From a virus: a DNA stretch of 64,000 nt. The notes beneath the pieces were generated by a model that was not told the DNA's origin, did no database searches, and saw only the letters and a program-made list of their open reading frames with translations. Position numbers and translations under genes: made by a program. The stretch covers positions 10,133 through 74,132 of IMG/VR virus record IMGVR_UViG_3300008448_000049; one strand, 5' to 3'. This document shows positions 38,497-48,281 of the stretch, one piece after another. How positions within the stretch are numbered: position 1 is the first letter of the stretch; each line of letters begins with the position of its first letter.

Positions 38497-39519
38497 TTAT
38501 AAGATTACTTTTGTTTTTGCAAATTTGTATGGCAAGTTATAATTCTTCTCATTATAATGCCACGCCGCTTCAGTCAACTTCTCTTCTAGTTTAATTTGCC
38601 AATCAGCTAAAGTATCTTTACTTACTTCAAATACATACACCTGTTGATATCTATCAATAACTACAAAGTTGAATACAATTTTATAATCCTGCATGATTAA
38701 TTCAGCATACTGATATGCAGCTAACCTTTCATAAACAGCAGCCTGGGCCCAATAGTTATAAAAGTCTACGGTTTCAGGAAAATCTACAATGGTCTTACCT
38801 GTAGTCTTTAAGTCATTGACGTAGATAATTCTAGCATCATGGTCAATTTTTACATTGTCCACAACACCTTTTAATCCAAAGGGTTTATCTGTATGATCAA
38901 CAGCCATGAAGATCTCATTATAAACATCTATGTTATCCATCTCAGATCTCATTAATCCAAGTAGCTCACGTACTTCATCATGATTGCGTAAAACTTCTAC
39001 AGCTTCTGTACAACGCTGCATGGTAACAGAGTCTAGTAGATCTTTGTTACCTTTAATCTTCAGAAATTCAAAGTATGACTTTGCATCCTCAGTCAATATT
39101 TTCTCTAATCTTTTTTCATCTCCCGTTTTAAATGGAGCTTTCTTGTCATCCGCTAGAGCCTGGTGTAACTTTATCTCTTTTAAATAATCCAATATCTCTA
39201 CTGAATAATTTTCAAGAAGTGTTGGTTCTCCGGACACTCTTTCATAGATAGCATCTACTAATCTGCGAGTATTCTCTGTAGGTAGTGTGCTTGGCATAAG
39301 TATGAACTGGTTGTTGAATGAACCATCATCTAGTAATAAACAGTGTATTACTTTTCCATCTATAAGATAGCTGTCTAACTTTTCCTCTTGCTCCTGTAAC
39401 ACATAGTGTTTATAATACAGGGAAGGAGAGTAAAGCATTTTGTTTAGTCCTGAATAACTCAGGAGCAAAGGCCGAGCATAAAACTCAGCCTCTAGTTCTT
39501 GTTTTGTTTTTTTGGTCAT
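38497..39519 (-). CDS. PD-(D/E)XK exonuclease (RecE/DUF3799-like)
   Basis: LSYSGL, G..IH, E...LKG.VD...DLKTT and Y..QAAVY motifs. Confidence 0.85.
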   Translation of the reverse strand: MTKKTKQELEAEFYARPLLLSYSGLNKMLYSPSLYYKHYVLQEQEEKLDSYLIDGKVIHCLLLDDGSFNNQFILMPSTLPTENTRRLVDAIYERVSGEPTLLENYSVEILDYLKEIKLHQALADDKKAPFKTGDEKRLEKILTEDAKSYFEFLKIKGNKDLLDSVTMQRCTEAVEVLRNHDEVRELLGLMRSEMDNIDVYNEIFMAVDHTDKPFGLKGVVDNVKIDHDARIIYVNDLKTTGKTIVDFPETVDFYNYWAQAAVYERLAAYQYAELIMQDYKIVFNFVVIDRYQQVYVFEVSKDTLADWQIKLEEKLTEAAWHYNEKNYNLPYKFAKTKVIL

Positions 39520-40694
39520 ACTTCATCATTTATTAAGGCATTTATATTTAAACCTTTCAGTTGCAACTCTTCTTCTGGTTCATCATATAGCTCAGTGTTA
39601 AAGTTTACATCTAAGATATTGTTAGCTAAGCCTTCTACAATCTTATCAGACCAAATCAGTTTATCAATTGTATAATAATCACCTGATAATCTTGACTCAG
39701 CCTCCTCTGTTAACAAAGGTCTAAGCACATCAAGATTAGTTTGATTTAACAAATTGCGTTTTAACAATGCATCTATTAAATTATCATAGCTGTAATGATA
39801 CCTGAGGTTGTCTACATTAAAGAACTTCATAAAAGATTTAAAATTCACATGATTTCTATTAGGTGTGTTATACATTTTATCATGATACTCATGCACTAAT
39901 AGTAGCAAGTAAACAGCGCTTCTTTCAAAATCACAATTAGCTATGGCTTCCATAGCTAAAGTACAGTTAGAAGTATCACTACTCTCAAACAAACGCTTAA
40001 TACTTTCATACTGTACAGCGTCCATTATTCCACCAGTGTTTAGTTTCTTTAATAGAGTTGTCTCAGGATATATGTTGGGATCATTAATGATCTCTACAAG
40101 TTTCTTGTAAGCATCTTCATCTTTAATATAAGCACCGTTTATGTCATCATAATGTTCATCAGTAGCATCATCTAATTCTTTTTCTGTAAAAGCTTTTGAT
40201 AACATGTTTGTACTAAAACTTGTTGTTAAAATACGGTTTATATGATAATCATGATGAACAAGCTCAGATGTTTGATTTTCTAAACTATCAATAGCTTTCT
40301 TAATAAAGTCATTATTAGTATTACCATACTTATATAAATGGTCAAGTAACTCAGTACGGACATAACAAGAATGATAAAAATGTTTTAAAATATCTTTACC
40401 ATAATTCTCACCTATGATTTTTACATTGGCTTTATCAGGATACTTTACTAGAGCTACCTTGTACTTTTCACAAAATGTTTTTATTTTAAATCTTGGAATA
40501 GTTGAGCCTGGATAAATATAAATCTTATCACCTTTTACTGGTGTGTAATCTTTATCTTGCAGAACAGAGTTGATCAAATTAGATGAGCTTATATGACTGT
40601 CTTCTATAACATAAACTGTTTCTACAATAAATTTTGAATTATTGCTATCAGACCTTAAACTGGTTCTTGTTTTTATTTTGTTAATCATTGTCAT
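39516..40694 (-). CDS. Hypothetical protein (possible BRCT-like N-terminal domain + shared helical motif)
   Basis: IYIYPGSTIPRFK...ANVKIIG resembles BRCT. The C-terminal motif is shared with 40681..41181 and 44857..45348. Confidence 0.6.
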   Translation of the reverse strand: MTMINKIKTRTSLRSDSNNSKFIVETVYVIEDSHISSSNLINSVLQDKDYTPVKGDKIYIYPGSTIPRFKIKTFCEKYKVALVKYPDKANVKIIGENYGKDILKHFYHSCYVRTELLDHLYKYGNTNNDFIKKAIDSLENQTSELVHHDYHINRILTTSFSTNMLSKAFTEKELDDATDEHYDDINGAYIKDEDAYKKLVEIINDPNIYPETTLLKKLNTGGIMDAVQYESIKRLFESSDTSNCTLAMEAIANCDFERSAVYLLLLVHEYHDKMYNTPNRNHVNFKSFMKFFNVDNLRYHYSYDNLIDALLKRNLLNQTNLDVLRPLLTEEAESRLSGDYYTIDKLIWSDKIVEGLANNILDVNFNTELYDEPEEELQLKGLNINALINDEV

Positions 40695-41181
40695 AAATTA
40701 CTGGTTTTAGTTTGTCTTCTGGATTAAGGTGTTTGAATTCAGGCTTCAGCTCCATTGTAAAGTTATAGAACTTGGAACAGGTTATACCGTTTAATCTAAA
40801 CACAATATCTGAATTCAATTTAGTCATCAGTTTTTGGAAAATCTCTGGGGTTAGCCAACCTTTTTTATTAATATGTTCTATAAAGCTAGACTCTCCCATA
40901 GTTGATAAACTAAATAAAGATGTATCATCTCTGAATTGTCTACTTGCCTTTGTTCTAAGATTAACCATTCTTTGTGTAATCCACCAACCTTTTCTAGCCA
41001 ATTGCCATAACCAGTAAATTGAAAGTTGTATGTTTACTTGGTTTAAGATAAGCTGTGCCATCTTGTGATCACCTTCATCGGTGCTTGCTAACATTTGAGA
41101 AATTCTCTCATATGTCTGTTCATTAAGAACAGTAGTGCCGGCTATTACCGGCACTGTCTGTGTTCCTACTAATTCATCCAT
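40681..41181 (-). CDS. Hypothetical protein, paralogous motif family
   Basis: Contains LNEQTYERISQMLASTDEGDHKMA. Confidence 0.7.
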   Translation of the reverse strand: MDELVGTQTVPVIAGTTVLNEQTYERISQMLASTDEGDHKMAQLILNQVNIQLSIYWLWQLARKGWWITQRMVNLRTKASRQFRDDTSLFSLSTMGESSFIEHINKKGWLTPEIFQKLMTKLNSDIVFRLNGITCSKFYNFTMELKPEFKHLNPEDKLKPVIYDND

Positions 41182-41901
41182 TATTTCATTGTCATTTTCA
41201 TTACAGACTCATTCATCAAAAGCTTTTGAAACTTCTGCTTGTTACCGTTAAGTATCTTCTTAATAACTATATACTTCAAGTCATCAGTAAATGCTTCTTC
41301 AGTACCCAATTTGATTAATCTGTCAATGTGCTTTTGTGTAATTGAGTTCTTCTCAGAGTAATTAATTGTAAAGTTAATTAACCTTGTTGCTAATACACTT
41401 GCAATATCAGCACGGTAGTTATGGTCTTTACCAATACATCCGCGTAACTCACCCATGATATAATCTCCATTGTCATGGCATAAAATATCTTGAGGTCTAA
41501 CTAACTTATCCAACTTGTTGTTGATAAACGTAGTGAATATAGTAGTGAACTCAGGCCCCACTGAACCTTCACCAATCATTTGGATTAAAGGTAACTCAGC
41601 AGAGAAATCTTCAATAGAACTAATACAGTTAAAGAAGGTAGTGATACTTCTAGCATTCACACGAGTACTTACTAGTTCCTCATGCATCAACAAGAAGTTA
41701 ATACAACGACCATCAATACCTTGAGTCTCTGCCCAACGTGCCCATACATCTTTGTCAAACTTTAAATTCACACTTACAAAACGAGTACGTTGTGCTGAGT
41801 CAATTGATTGTACTAAATATTCTCCATTGTCTGGATTAGCTGTCAATAAAATATGCCAGTCCTTTGGTAACTTCCATGAGATATACTCTTGTCTATCCAC
41901 A
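41181..41901 (-). CDS. MoxR-like AAA+ ATPase, exon 2
   Basis: Sensor-1 (TANP) and Arg-finger region (DSAQRTRF). Joins exon 1 in frame as ...VMEL|VDRQEY, giving a 478-aa spliced product. Confidence 0.9.
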
Positions 41902-42175
41902 CATTATTGTTATCGCTAAGTTTTTTATCTTAGCTTCTGTATATCTCTATACAGGTCAGCATATATCTTCATACATTAGTATGCCGGGCACTCTTGGGTA
42001 TATTATATTCTACAATGTAGTTTCAATACCTATGCGTTGAACCTTCCCAAATCTTTTAGATTTAAGCTTGGCTGCTGATTGTCTTATAATACTAAACTTT
42101 TCAAGCATTCACACTCACCGTTTCCAGTCATGTTGTAGCATTAGTATTTTCAAGATATCCCAGCAATTCACCCGG

Positions 42176-42964
42176 TTAGGAGCCCGTGAATAGACTCAAG
42201 TTATGAGTATCAGCTTTAACATAAGATGCTAAATACTTTCCTCTCACTTTTCTTGTTTGTGGTTTTTGTAAAACATAAGCAAGATTACTTCTTATTATTT
42301 TCCAGTCACCTTGGTAATTAATATCTGCTGCAATGTATCTTGCACAATCAGATAAAGAGTTAAAAGACATATAGAACTCTCCTCTCAAGTTATATAAATA
42401 TACAGTTCTAGTTTCTAAATTAGAACCTGTATTACACATATATTTTCCAGGAGATATTTTTTCATAAGACCATTGAAATCCATGAGCTGATTTAGAAGCT
42501 TCTACAGAAGGATTAGCACAAGCATGTATTGCATTGTAAGAAACATTAAGTATTCTTGCAGCAACCATAGCTGATTTCCATTCTTTAATAAAAACACCTT
42601 CAAGATCAAACTGATATACAGTTTTTTCATGAAAACCTCCTATACCTTGTATAGGATCATCTAAATTTAACTCAGCATTAAGTTTTTCAACCCACTGCTT
42701 TTCTTTATTTCTAAGTTCTAAAAACTTTATAAGAAAATCACATTCTTCAAGTATTCTATATTCACAGTTTTTGTATTTGTTATACAGGTTCTGTAGATAC
42801 TTGTTATCATGCTTGTTGTTCCTTAAAAGAGTTCTGTGTCTTCTTAGTCTTTTCTTTATGTTGACACTACTGCCTACATATTGTTTACCATTAATTTTCA
42901 AGAGATAAACACCACATGGATTTTTACCTCTTAATTCATCAAGCTGTTTAAATAAATCTTTCAT
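42176..42964 (-). CDS. Intron-encoded GIY-YIG homing endonuclease with NUMOD1-like repeats
   Basis: GVY...YVGSS.NI..R...H motif. Two VY.(F/Y).L.G.F...(W/F).S...AR repeats. Confidence 0.9.
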   Translation of the reverse strand: MKDLFKQLDELRGKNPCGVYLLKINGKQYVGSSVNIKKRLRRHRTLLRNNKHDNKYLQNLYNKYKNCEYRILEECDFLIKFLELRNKEKQWVEKLNAELNLDDPIQGIGGFHEKTVYQFDLEGVFIKEWKSAMVAARILNVSYNAIHACANPSVEASKSAHGFQWSYEKISPGKYMCNTGSNLETRTVYLYNLRGEFYMSFNSLSDCARYIAADINYQGDWKIIRSNLAYVLQKPQTRKVRGKYLASYVKADTHNLSLFTGS

Positions 42965-42968
42965 ACTA

Positions 42969-43000
42969 CAAACATATGTAATATAAATAAGTTATCCAAA
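42969..43000 (-). promoter_or_regulatory. Bacteroidota sigmaA-type promoter inside the intron
   Basis: TTTG-N20-TATGTTTG, ending 4 nt before the endonuclease ATG. Confidence 0.7.
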
Positions 43001-43008
43001 ATTATTTG

Positions 43009-43724
43009 AGCTCCATTACAGCTTGTATGAATCTTGTATCGGACCTGTTCCAGTCATCTAAGATTAAGAAACCACCGCCTTGCTTGTCAGCAATCCACTC
43101 AGGAGGACAATAAGACATACGCTTGTTTCCCGTAAAGTCATATCCACGCTTTACATATTCATTCACGGCATTCTCATCCACCCAGATGCACTCACCTTCA
43201 GAATAAGATAATACAACTTCAGAAGATACAGGTACAATTTCTTCCTCTGTAACTTGTTTCTCAACAGGAACTTCTACTTCCTTCTCAACTTTAACAGCTA
43301 CTGTTACATCACGAAGAACAAGCTTGCCATCTGGACCCATTACTTGTTTCTTAACTGTTTTGTTTTCTGTTACAGTTTGCATTTGCTTTTCCATAACAGT
43401 AATTGTTTTAGTTACAAAACGCTTTTCTGTAGTTGGAATACCAGGTAAAGGTTTACCATCTTTGCATAACTGGAACTGTCTGATTGGAAAACCAACCAAG
43501 TCACCCAACTCTTCTATCTGAGCTAAGTTTAACTTCACTACATTCATCCCAGTCTCGTTGGCTAACTGTAATACAGAACTTGTCTTACCAATACCTGATT
43601 CACCAACAATCTCCACAGCTACTGGTGGCTTACCGCCTGACTGTAAGAAGCGATTGTTATTCATGATGTGAGTTAAGAATCCTTTTACCTCATCAATATT
43701 TAAGTTTACTTGTGCGTTGCTCAT
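43009..43724 (-). CDS. MoxR-like AAA+ ATPase, exon 1
   Basis: Walker A GESGIGKT, ELGDLVGFP, PPEW and Walker B LILDDWNR. Confidence 0.9.
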
Positions 43725-43733
43725 AATTTGTTT

Positions 43734-44954
43734 TTAATTTAATTTAATTTGTGGACCTACTAAATCTGGGTTTAACGGGGACTGACTACTCAATACCCAA
43801 AGCATTCTTCCGCGTGCAGGTGTTGGCGCGGATGCTTCACCGTCTGTAAAATAAATCAGACAGGTAAATTTATGTGTGTTCTCGTTATAATAATCTATAA
43901 CCGGTTGGAAGCTTGTGCCTCCTCTACCATGAACTTTGAATTCAGCTCTATGATTAAACTTGCTTATGTCACTGATGGCTGTATCAGCTTGTATTACTGT
44001 AATCTCAGTACCAGTCTTGTGAATATGATACAACTCTTGTACACACTCATTTAATTCATTAGTACTTACAGAACCTGAGGTATCAATTGCAAACAAGATA
44101 TGACGGCGAGGCTTGATCTTCAGACCAGGATTCTCTTCATATCTCTTATTGAATTTCCTACGTATTTTCTTTGTATAAACTTTAGTTGATCCACCTGTGA
44201 ATCTTCTAAGATATCCTTTCCAATCAAACTTGGGAGGCTCTGTTTTATTTATGTTATCAAGGATCTCGGCAAACTCTCCAGGTATATGACCTTGAGATTT
44301 CTTAACTTGATCAGCAACTTCTTTAAGAATATGCTCAGTTTGTTTACGGATTAACTTCTGTGTTGCTTCTGGTAGCGCATCCATATCACCCCAACCAGAA
44401 TGATCAGGAAGATTAACTTTAATATTTCCGTCACCATCTACAGAGATTGTTACCTCGCACTGACCTTGCCTCATTCCTTCTAGTATCTTATCCAGGTTAG
44501 GACAAGTACCAGGTTGCTTAGCAGCTTTACCTAGTTTATCATAATAGTACTGAGTACCTTTTCTTGATTCAAGATTTAGTTCAGGAAATTTATCAAGGGT
44601 CATACCACCAGGAGGAAGGAAGTCTTCATGAATGAACTGGTTAATCTCCAAGTCCATTGCTATGTTGGCTATCTCATGATCAGTCAGATGTTTAAAGTCT
44701 GTGATGTGAAACAAGCCTATGTGCAGTAGCTCATGCTTAAGTAAACCTATCCTATGCTTAGGAGTTAAATTATCCCAAAATTTTGGGCCTATATCTAGTT
44801 GATAGTTAATTCCATTTAAACTTACACAAGCTGTAGAAACTCTATCACTCCACCTCTTATTCAGCATTATCAGGAACATCCCATAAAATGCTTCCGTCAG
44901 CATTAGTTCCTTGGAGGTCATTGCCAACTGTTCCGGTCTTGTAGTCATAGTCAT
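43734..44954 (-). CDS. Metallopeptidase + vWA protein (DUF2201-like)
   Basis: HELLH zincin motif. MIDAS DTSGS, GRGGT.F.P and FTDG. Confidence 0.9.
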   Translation of the reverse strand: MTMTTRPEQLAMTSKELMLTEAFYGMFLIMLNKRWSDRVSTACVSLNGINYQLDIGPKFWDNLTPKHRIGLLKHELLHIGLFHITDFKHLTDHEIANIAMDLEINQFIHEDFLPPGGMTLDKFPELNLESRKGTQYYYDKLGKAAKQPGTCPNLDKILEGMRQGQCEVTISVDGDGNIKVNLPDHSGWGDMDALPEATQKLIRKQTEHILKEVADQVKKSQGHIPGEFAEILDNINKTEPPKFDWKGYLRRFTGGSTKVYTKKIRRKFNKRYEENPGLKIKPRRHILFAIDTSGSVSTNELNECVQELYHIHKTGTEITVIQADTAISDISKFNHRAEFKVHGRGGTSFQPVIDYYNENTHKFTCLIYFTDGEASAPTPARGRMLWVLSSQSPLNPDLVGPQIKLN

Positions 44955-45348
44955 TAATTTTAATTGTTAGTTTATTGATTGGGTTATCTTTTAAACCCAA
45001 TGTATAGTTGAGATAATCTCTCATTTTATCTGCATATTTATCCATAATAAATTGGATATCATGCAAGGGTGCGTTATATGTCTTAGCCATTTTTAAGACT
45101 GTGTCAAATGTGATAGGCTTGTCTAGGTTTATACCTAGTTGAATAAACATATGGTGCATTGTTGGTGCATTATCATGCCACATGTTGTCGTATTTAACAT
45201 TAGCTTCTTTGGCCATAAGTAATACATACAAGAAATTATCTTTAAAGTCTGTTGTATCCATTGCAGATATTCCAAGTACTATATCCTCTTTGTCAAGAGA
45301 TTCTAACATCATCTTTACTCTGTCAAATGTTTCACTGTTCAATTTCAT
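44857..45348 (-). CDS. Hypothetical protein, paralogous motif family
   Basis: Contains LNSETFDRVKMMLESLDKEDIVLG. Confidence 0.65.
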   Translation of the reverse strand: MKLNSETFDRVKMMLESLDKEDIVLGISAMDTTDFKDNFLYVLLMAKEANVKYDNMWHDNAPTMHHMFIQLGINLDKPITFDTVLKMAKTYNAPLHDIQFIMDKYADKMRDYLNYTLGLKDNPINKLTIKINDYDYKTGTVGNDLQGTNADGSILWDVPDNAE

Positions 45349-45352
45349 TTTA

Positions 45353-45775
45353 TCAAATTTTATTTTTATAGAAGCGCCCTAGTATATTACCATTTAGGTA
45401 CATGTCATCTTCCAATACGCTCAGTAAGAACTGATGCTTTACCTCTTGGTAAGTCAATTCATTCTTGCTATAACATATTCTTAAGATTTCTCTTTTAATT
45501 TTTATCCCATCTTTATGGGCTTGCTTTAATGTTTCATTACTACTAAAATAGTTCTGGTAAGATGTTTTAGTTACACGTTTGTATGTCTTGAGTCTCTTAT
45601 CAGTAGGCATAGATTTCTTGCTCAGCTTTGTTTTAATACTTGCATAAAAGTTTTTCTTTCCTATATAACTAACAACTTTACCATCAATGATAGCTGACAT
45701 TTGATATATGAATCCTACAGCACCATCTGGTATATGTTCATCTGTGAACAAAATTCCTTTATATGACCAACTCAT
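45353..45775 (-). CDS. GIY-YIG family (Seg-like) nuclease
   Basis: GFIY...YIGKK, Y.SS, REIL, E..HQ and N.NI motifs. Confidence 0.75.
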   Translation of the reverse strand: MSWSYKGILFTDEHIPDGAVGFIYQMSAIIDGKVVSYIGKKNFYASIKTKLSKKSMPTDKRLKTYKRVTKTSYQNYFSSNETLKQAHKDGIKIKREILRICYSKNELTYQEVKHQFLLSVLEDDMYLNGNILGRFYKNKI

Positions 45776-45912
45776 TTTCCACTCATGTTTCTTAACATTT
45801 CTACTAATTCTGATTGTATCATAGCATTTACTTCAGAGAGTATTTCTATTTTTAATTCATCAGTTAATGTCTGCACTGGCAGGGTCATTAACCAGTCTTC
45901 AAACTCATTCAT
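45772..45912 (-). CDS. Small 46-aa protein missed by the ORF track (MNEFEDWLMTLPVQTLTDELK...)
   Basis: Fills the gap exactly, with ATGA start/stop overlaps to both neighbours. Confidence 0.65.
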   Translation of the reverse strand: MNEFEDWLMTLPVQTLTDELKIEILSEVNAMIQSELVEMLRNMSGK

Positions 45913-46901
45913 TGTAATGCTTGTTTTAAGATTGGGGTTAATACTTGTTTTACTTTTAGGATACCATGATCTCTACCTGAGTCACTTAAGTCTTTGGATA
46001 ACGGGAGCAATACGCCTTTAATCCCATAGGTCTTCTCATAATTCTCCATAGCTTTTATGCCGGCGGGATCATTATCAAACAGTGTAGCTATACCTTTATA
46101 CTTAAGCTTAAGTGAATTGATCACATGCGGTAGTATAAGCGTGTTCTCACTATCCGGTGCAATGGTCTCTGCCTCCGAGTATCCTAGTTTATCAAAGAAC
46201 ATTACATCTTTAAGAGAGCTGTTGATTATAAGATAAGGTTTGGTATAAGTCAATTGGTCCATACCTTGTATGTAATCTCTAACCTTTATGAATTTACTTT
46301 CCATAATCATAGGCTGATAGATCTTATACAGTGTACCATCTTCTCTAAAATAACCATACATAAAATGTCTATCCTTAATTACAATCTCTTGCAATTGACC
46401 GTCATCTTCTCTACTCATTGTATATGTACTAAGAGGAAACACGTAATACTTATTAAGCAAGGTGGTTCCAATATGGAACTTAGTCCAGAACTTCTGATCT
46501 AAGGTAGTCCAATTTCTTTTTGCAAAGCTTGTTACTTTATACCTCTCAACTACTTTAAAGTTTACAGAAGAGTGATCAGCGTCTTTATTGTTTAACCAGG
46601 CTTCATAGTCCTGTAGTATTTTTTTAACAGCCTCATTCCTAGAGCCAAGCTTAAATAAAGTTTCTACAAAACAGATAGCGTCTCCTGATTGATTTGTGGA
46701 AAAACATTTAAACCTATAACTATCTTTATACTTAAGACTAACAAATAGACTCAAGGAAGGTCTTTTATCATTAGGGTTAAATGGAGAGAGCACCATTATG
46801 TTCTGACCACCTAATCTTTCTGGTAAAGTTATATACTGTTCAAAGATCCATTCCGGAGATACATCTGATAATACCGGTTTAAATTTAGTTGTACTTATCA
46901 T
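45909..46901 (-). CDS. DNA primase (crAss-like, DnaG/TOPRIM)
   Basis: N-terminal SPF...D..PS...FKCFS...GD Zn-finger-like region. SSLKD, LFDND.AG and KDLSD motifs. Confidence 0.85.
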   Translation of the reverse strand: MISTTKFKPVLSDVSPEWIFEQYITLPERLGGQNIMVLSPFNPNDKRPSLSLFVSLKYKDSYRFKCFSTNQSGDAICFVETLFKLGSRNEAVKKILQDYEAWLNNKDADHSSVNFKVVERYKVTSFAKRNWTTLDQKFWTKFHIGTTLLNKYYVFPLSTYTMSREDDGQLQEIVIKDRHFMYGYFREDGTLYKIYQPMIMESKFIKVRDYIQGMDQLTYTKPYLIINSSLKDVMFFDKLGYSEAETIAPDSENTLILPHVINSLKLKYKGIATLFDNDPAGIKAMENYEKTYGIKGVLLPLSKDLSDSGRDHGILKVKQVLTPILKQALQ

Positions 46902-46959
46902 GACTTGTTTAAATGGAAAAGGAGGATTACTCCCCCTTTTTATTCCATATTTTTAGTGA

Positions 46960-47640
46960 TTATAAACTAAAATCTGCACCTGCTGGACCACTCAAATTGA
47001 TGTCCTCACCAGATTCAAATTCACTAATTTCCTCTGTCTTCTTCTTCTTGATATGATCAATAGGATCAAACGTTACAACCTTAGCACCATAAGCTGCACC
47101 AGCTTTGCTATACTTAGGTAAGAATAAATCATAAGCTGTGTAGCCATTTCTGTTGGTATACTCTTTACCACCAATACAGAAGTCAATAAACTTCTCTTTA
47201 AAAGGACGGTCTTTACTAAACGCCGCTATAAGAGATTCAATTGTATCATGTTTGTCATCCTGAGCATCTAACCAATCAGTGCAACCAAATGCAATACATA
47301 AGTTCTTCATAACTTTTAAGATCTCAGCATCTCTGCTAATCTCAATACCGCTTTTAGTTTTACCGTCAGCATAAGCCCATTCACTTGCTTTTACATCACC
47401 AACTTGACCGGCGTGCTTACCAAGAGACTCATCATTCTTGTCTATCCAAAAACCTTCAAAGTCTTTTTCAATAGGAGCACCTTCTAAACTTAATACTAGA
47501 TGATAACCACCTGGTATAAATTTGAATTCTTCTAAACGCGCTCCGTTTAATTTACATTTCTGATTACCTGGTTGTAGCGTCTTAGGTACACCACCATCTC
47601 CACCGACTTTGATGTCTTTTGTGTTTAATTTTCCACTCAT
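46960..47640 (-). CDS. Putative single-stranded DNA-binding protein
   Basis: Located between the annealase and primase. Acidic C-terminal tail ending DFSL. Confidence 0.5.
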   Translation of the reverse strand: MSGKLNTKDIKVGGDGGVPKTLQPGNQKCKLNGARLEEFKFIPGGYHLVLSLEGAPIEKDFEGFWIDKNDESLGKHAGQVGDVKASEWAYADGKTKSGIEISRDAEILKVMKNLCIAFGCTDWLDAQDDKHDTIESLIAAFSKDRPFKEKFIDFCIGGKEYTNRNGYTAYDLFLPKYSKAGAAYGAKVVTFDPIDHIKKKKTEEISEFESGEDINLSGPAGADFSL

Positions 47641-47659
47641 GTTTTTATTTTTTATAGGG

Positions 47660-48280
47660 TTATTTTACTTCTGTTGCTGTTACATTAATGATCTCAGCTA
47701 TTGTTCCATCATCATTTCTCCTTACGTCTGACTCTTTCAAGAATGTATCAGCCATTTCCTCCGCTGTATATAATCCTAATAATAAATCAGCACCTATTCT
47801 GTTTGCACCTTTAGCTAAACAGCGAGCGTATAACATTTCCTTTGGCATACGCTTCCAGTTATCCTTAGTAGTTAAACCTTGTAACTCAGCATCTCTCCAA
47901 GTGAATGAACAAATTTCTTCCATACCATCTCTTACAAACTTAATAGTAGTTCTTCTACCATCAGGTTTCTGATCAGGGCTAGTAGGTTCTGTCCTATTAC
48001 CATAGGTGAATACACCATCTTCTACAGTTACAAAAGCGATACCGCCTTTTCTCAATAAAGCATTTGTTGCTTTAGCAGATAAGCTTAGCTTGCCTTGAAT
48101 AGGTATGATGTAATGAAAGGCCTGCATTGTTGGGAAGCCTAACTCTTTACCCATCTGTGCAATAGTAAACGCATCTTCTACAGTTTTAATGTGGGTTGGT
48201 AGTTTCTTTGATTCTATCAAAGTACTTAAGAATTGCTTAAGAGCATCTTCTGTTGTGGTTGTTACTTGGTTGTTTTCCAT
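47660..48280 (-). CDS. RecT/Redbeta-like ssDNA annealing protein
   Basis: G.ELG..PMQA-like motif, I.GK and WKRMPKEML.AR. Likely start is the ATG at 48280, just past the upstream stop. Confidence 0.75.
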   Translation of the reverse strand: MENNQVTTTTEDALKQFLSTLIESKKLPTHIKTVEDAFTIAQMGKELGFPTMQAFHYIIPIQGKLSLSAKATNALLRKGGIAFVTVEDGVFTYGNRTEPTSPDQKPDGRRTTIKFVRDGMEEICSFTWRDAELQGLTTKDNWKRMPKEMLYARCLAKGANRIGADLLLGLYTAEEMADTFLKESDVRRNDDGTIAEIINVTATEVK

Positions 48281-48281
48281 T

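Larger units (their letters stand above)
41902..43008 (-). mobile_element. Group I intron (1107 nt) in the AAA+ ATPase gene
   Basis: 5' exon ends in U and the intron ends in G. IGS GGCUCC (42184-42179) pairs with exon GGAGCU including the U-G pair. P10 UUCACG/UGUGGA. Core elements: P AAUUGCUGGGA, Q AAUCAGCAGCC, R GUUCAACGCAUA, S AAGAUAUAUGC. Confidence 0.92.

Noticed and set aside
41181-43724. AAA+ halves as two genes or a pseudogene
   Set aside because: A group I intron with valid P1/P10 joins them in frame.
44857-44954. 98-nt overlap between two - strand genes as programmed frameshift or dual coding
   Set aside because: No slippery site or structure is evident, so it is more simply a C-terminal run-on.
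46912-46948. Hairpin between the SSB-like gene and primase as a terminator
   Set aside because: The stem is imperfect and the U-tract short. It is possible but not well enough supported.
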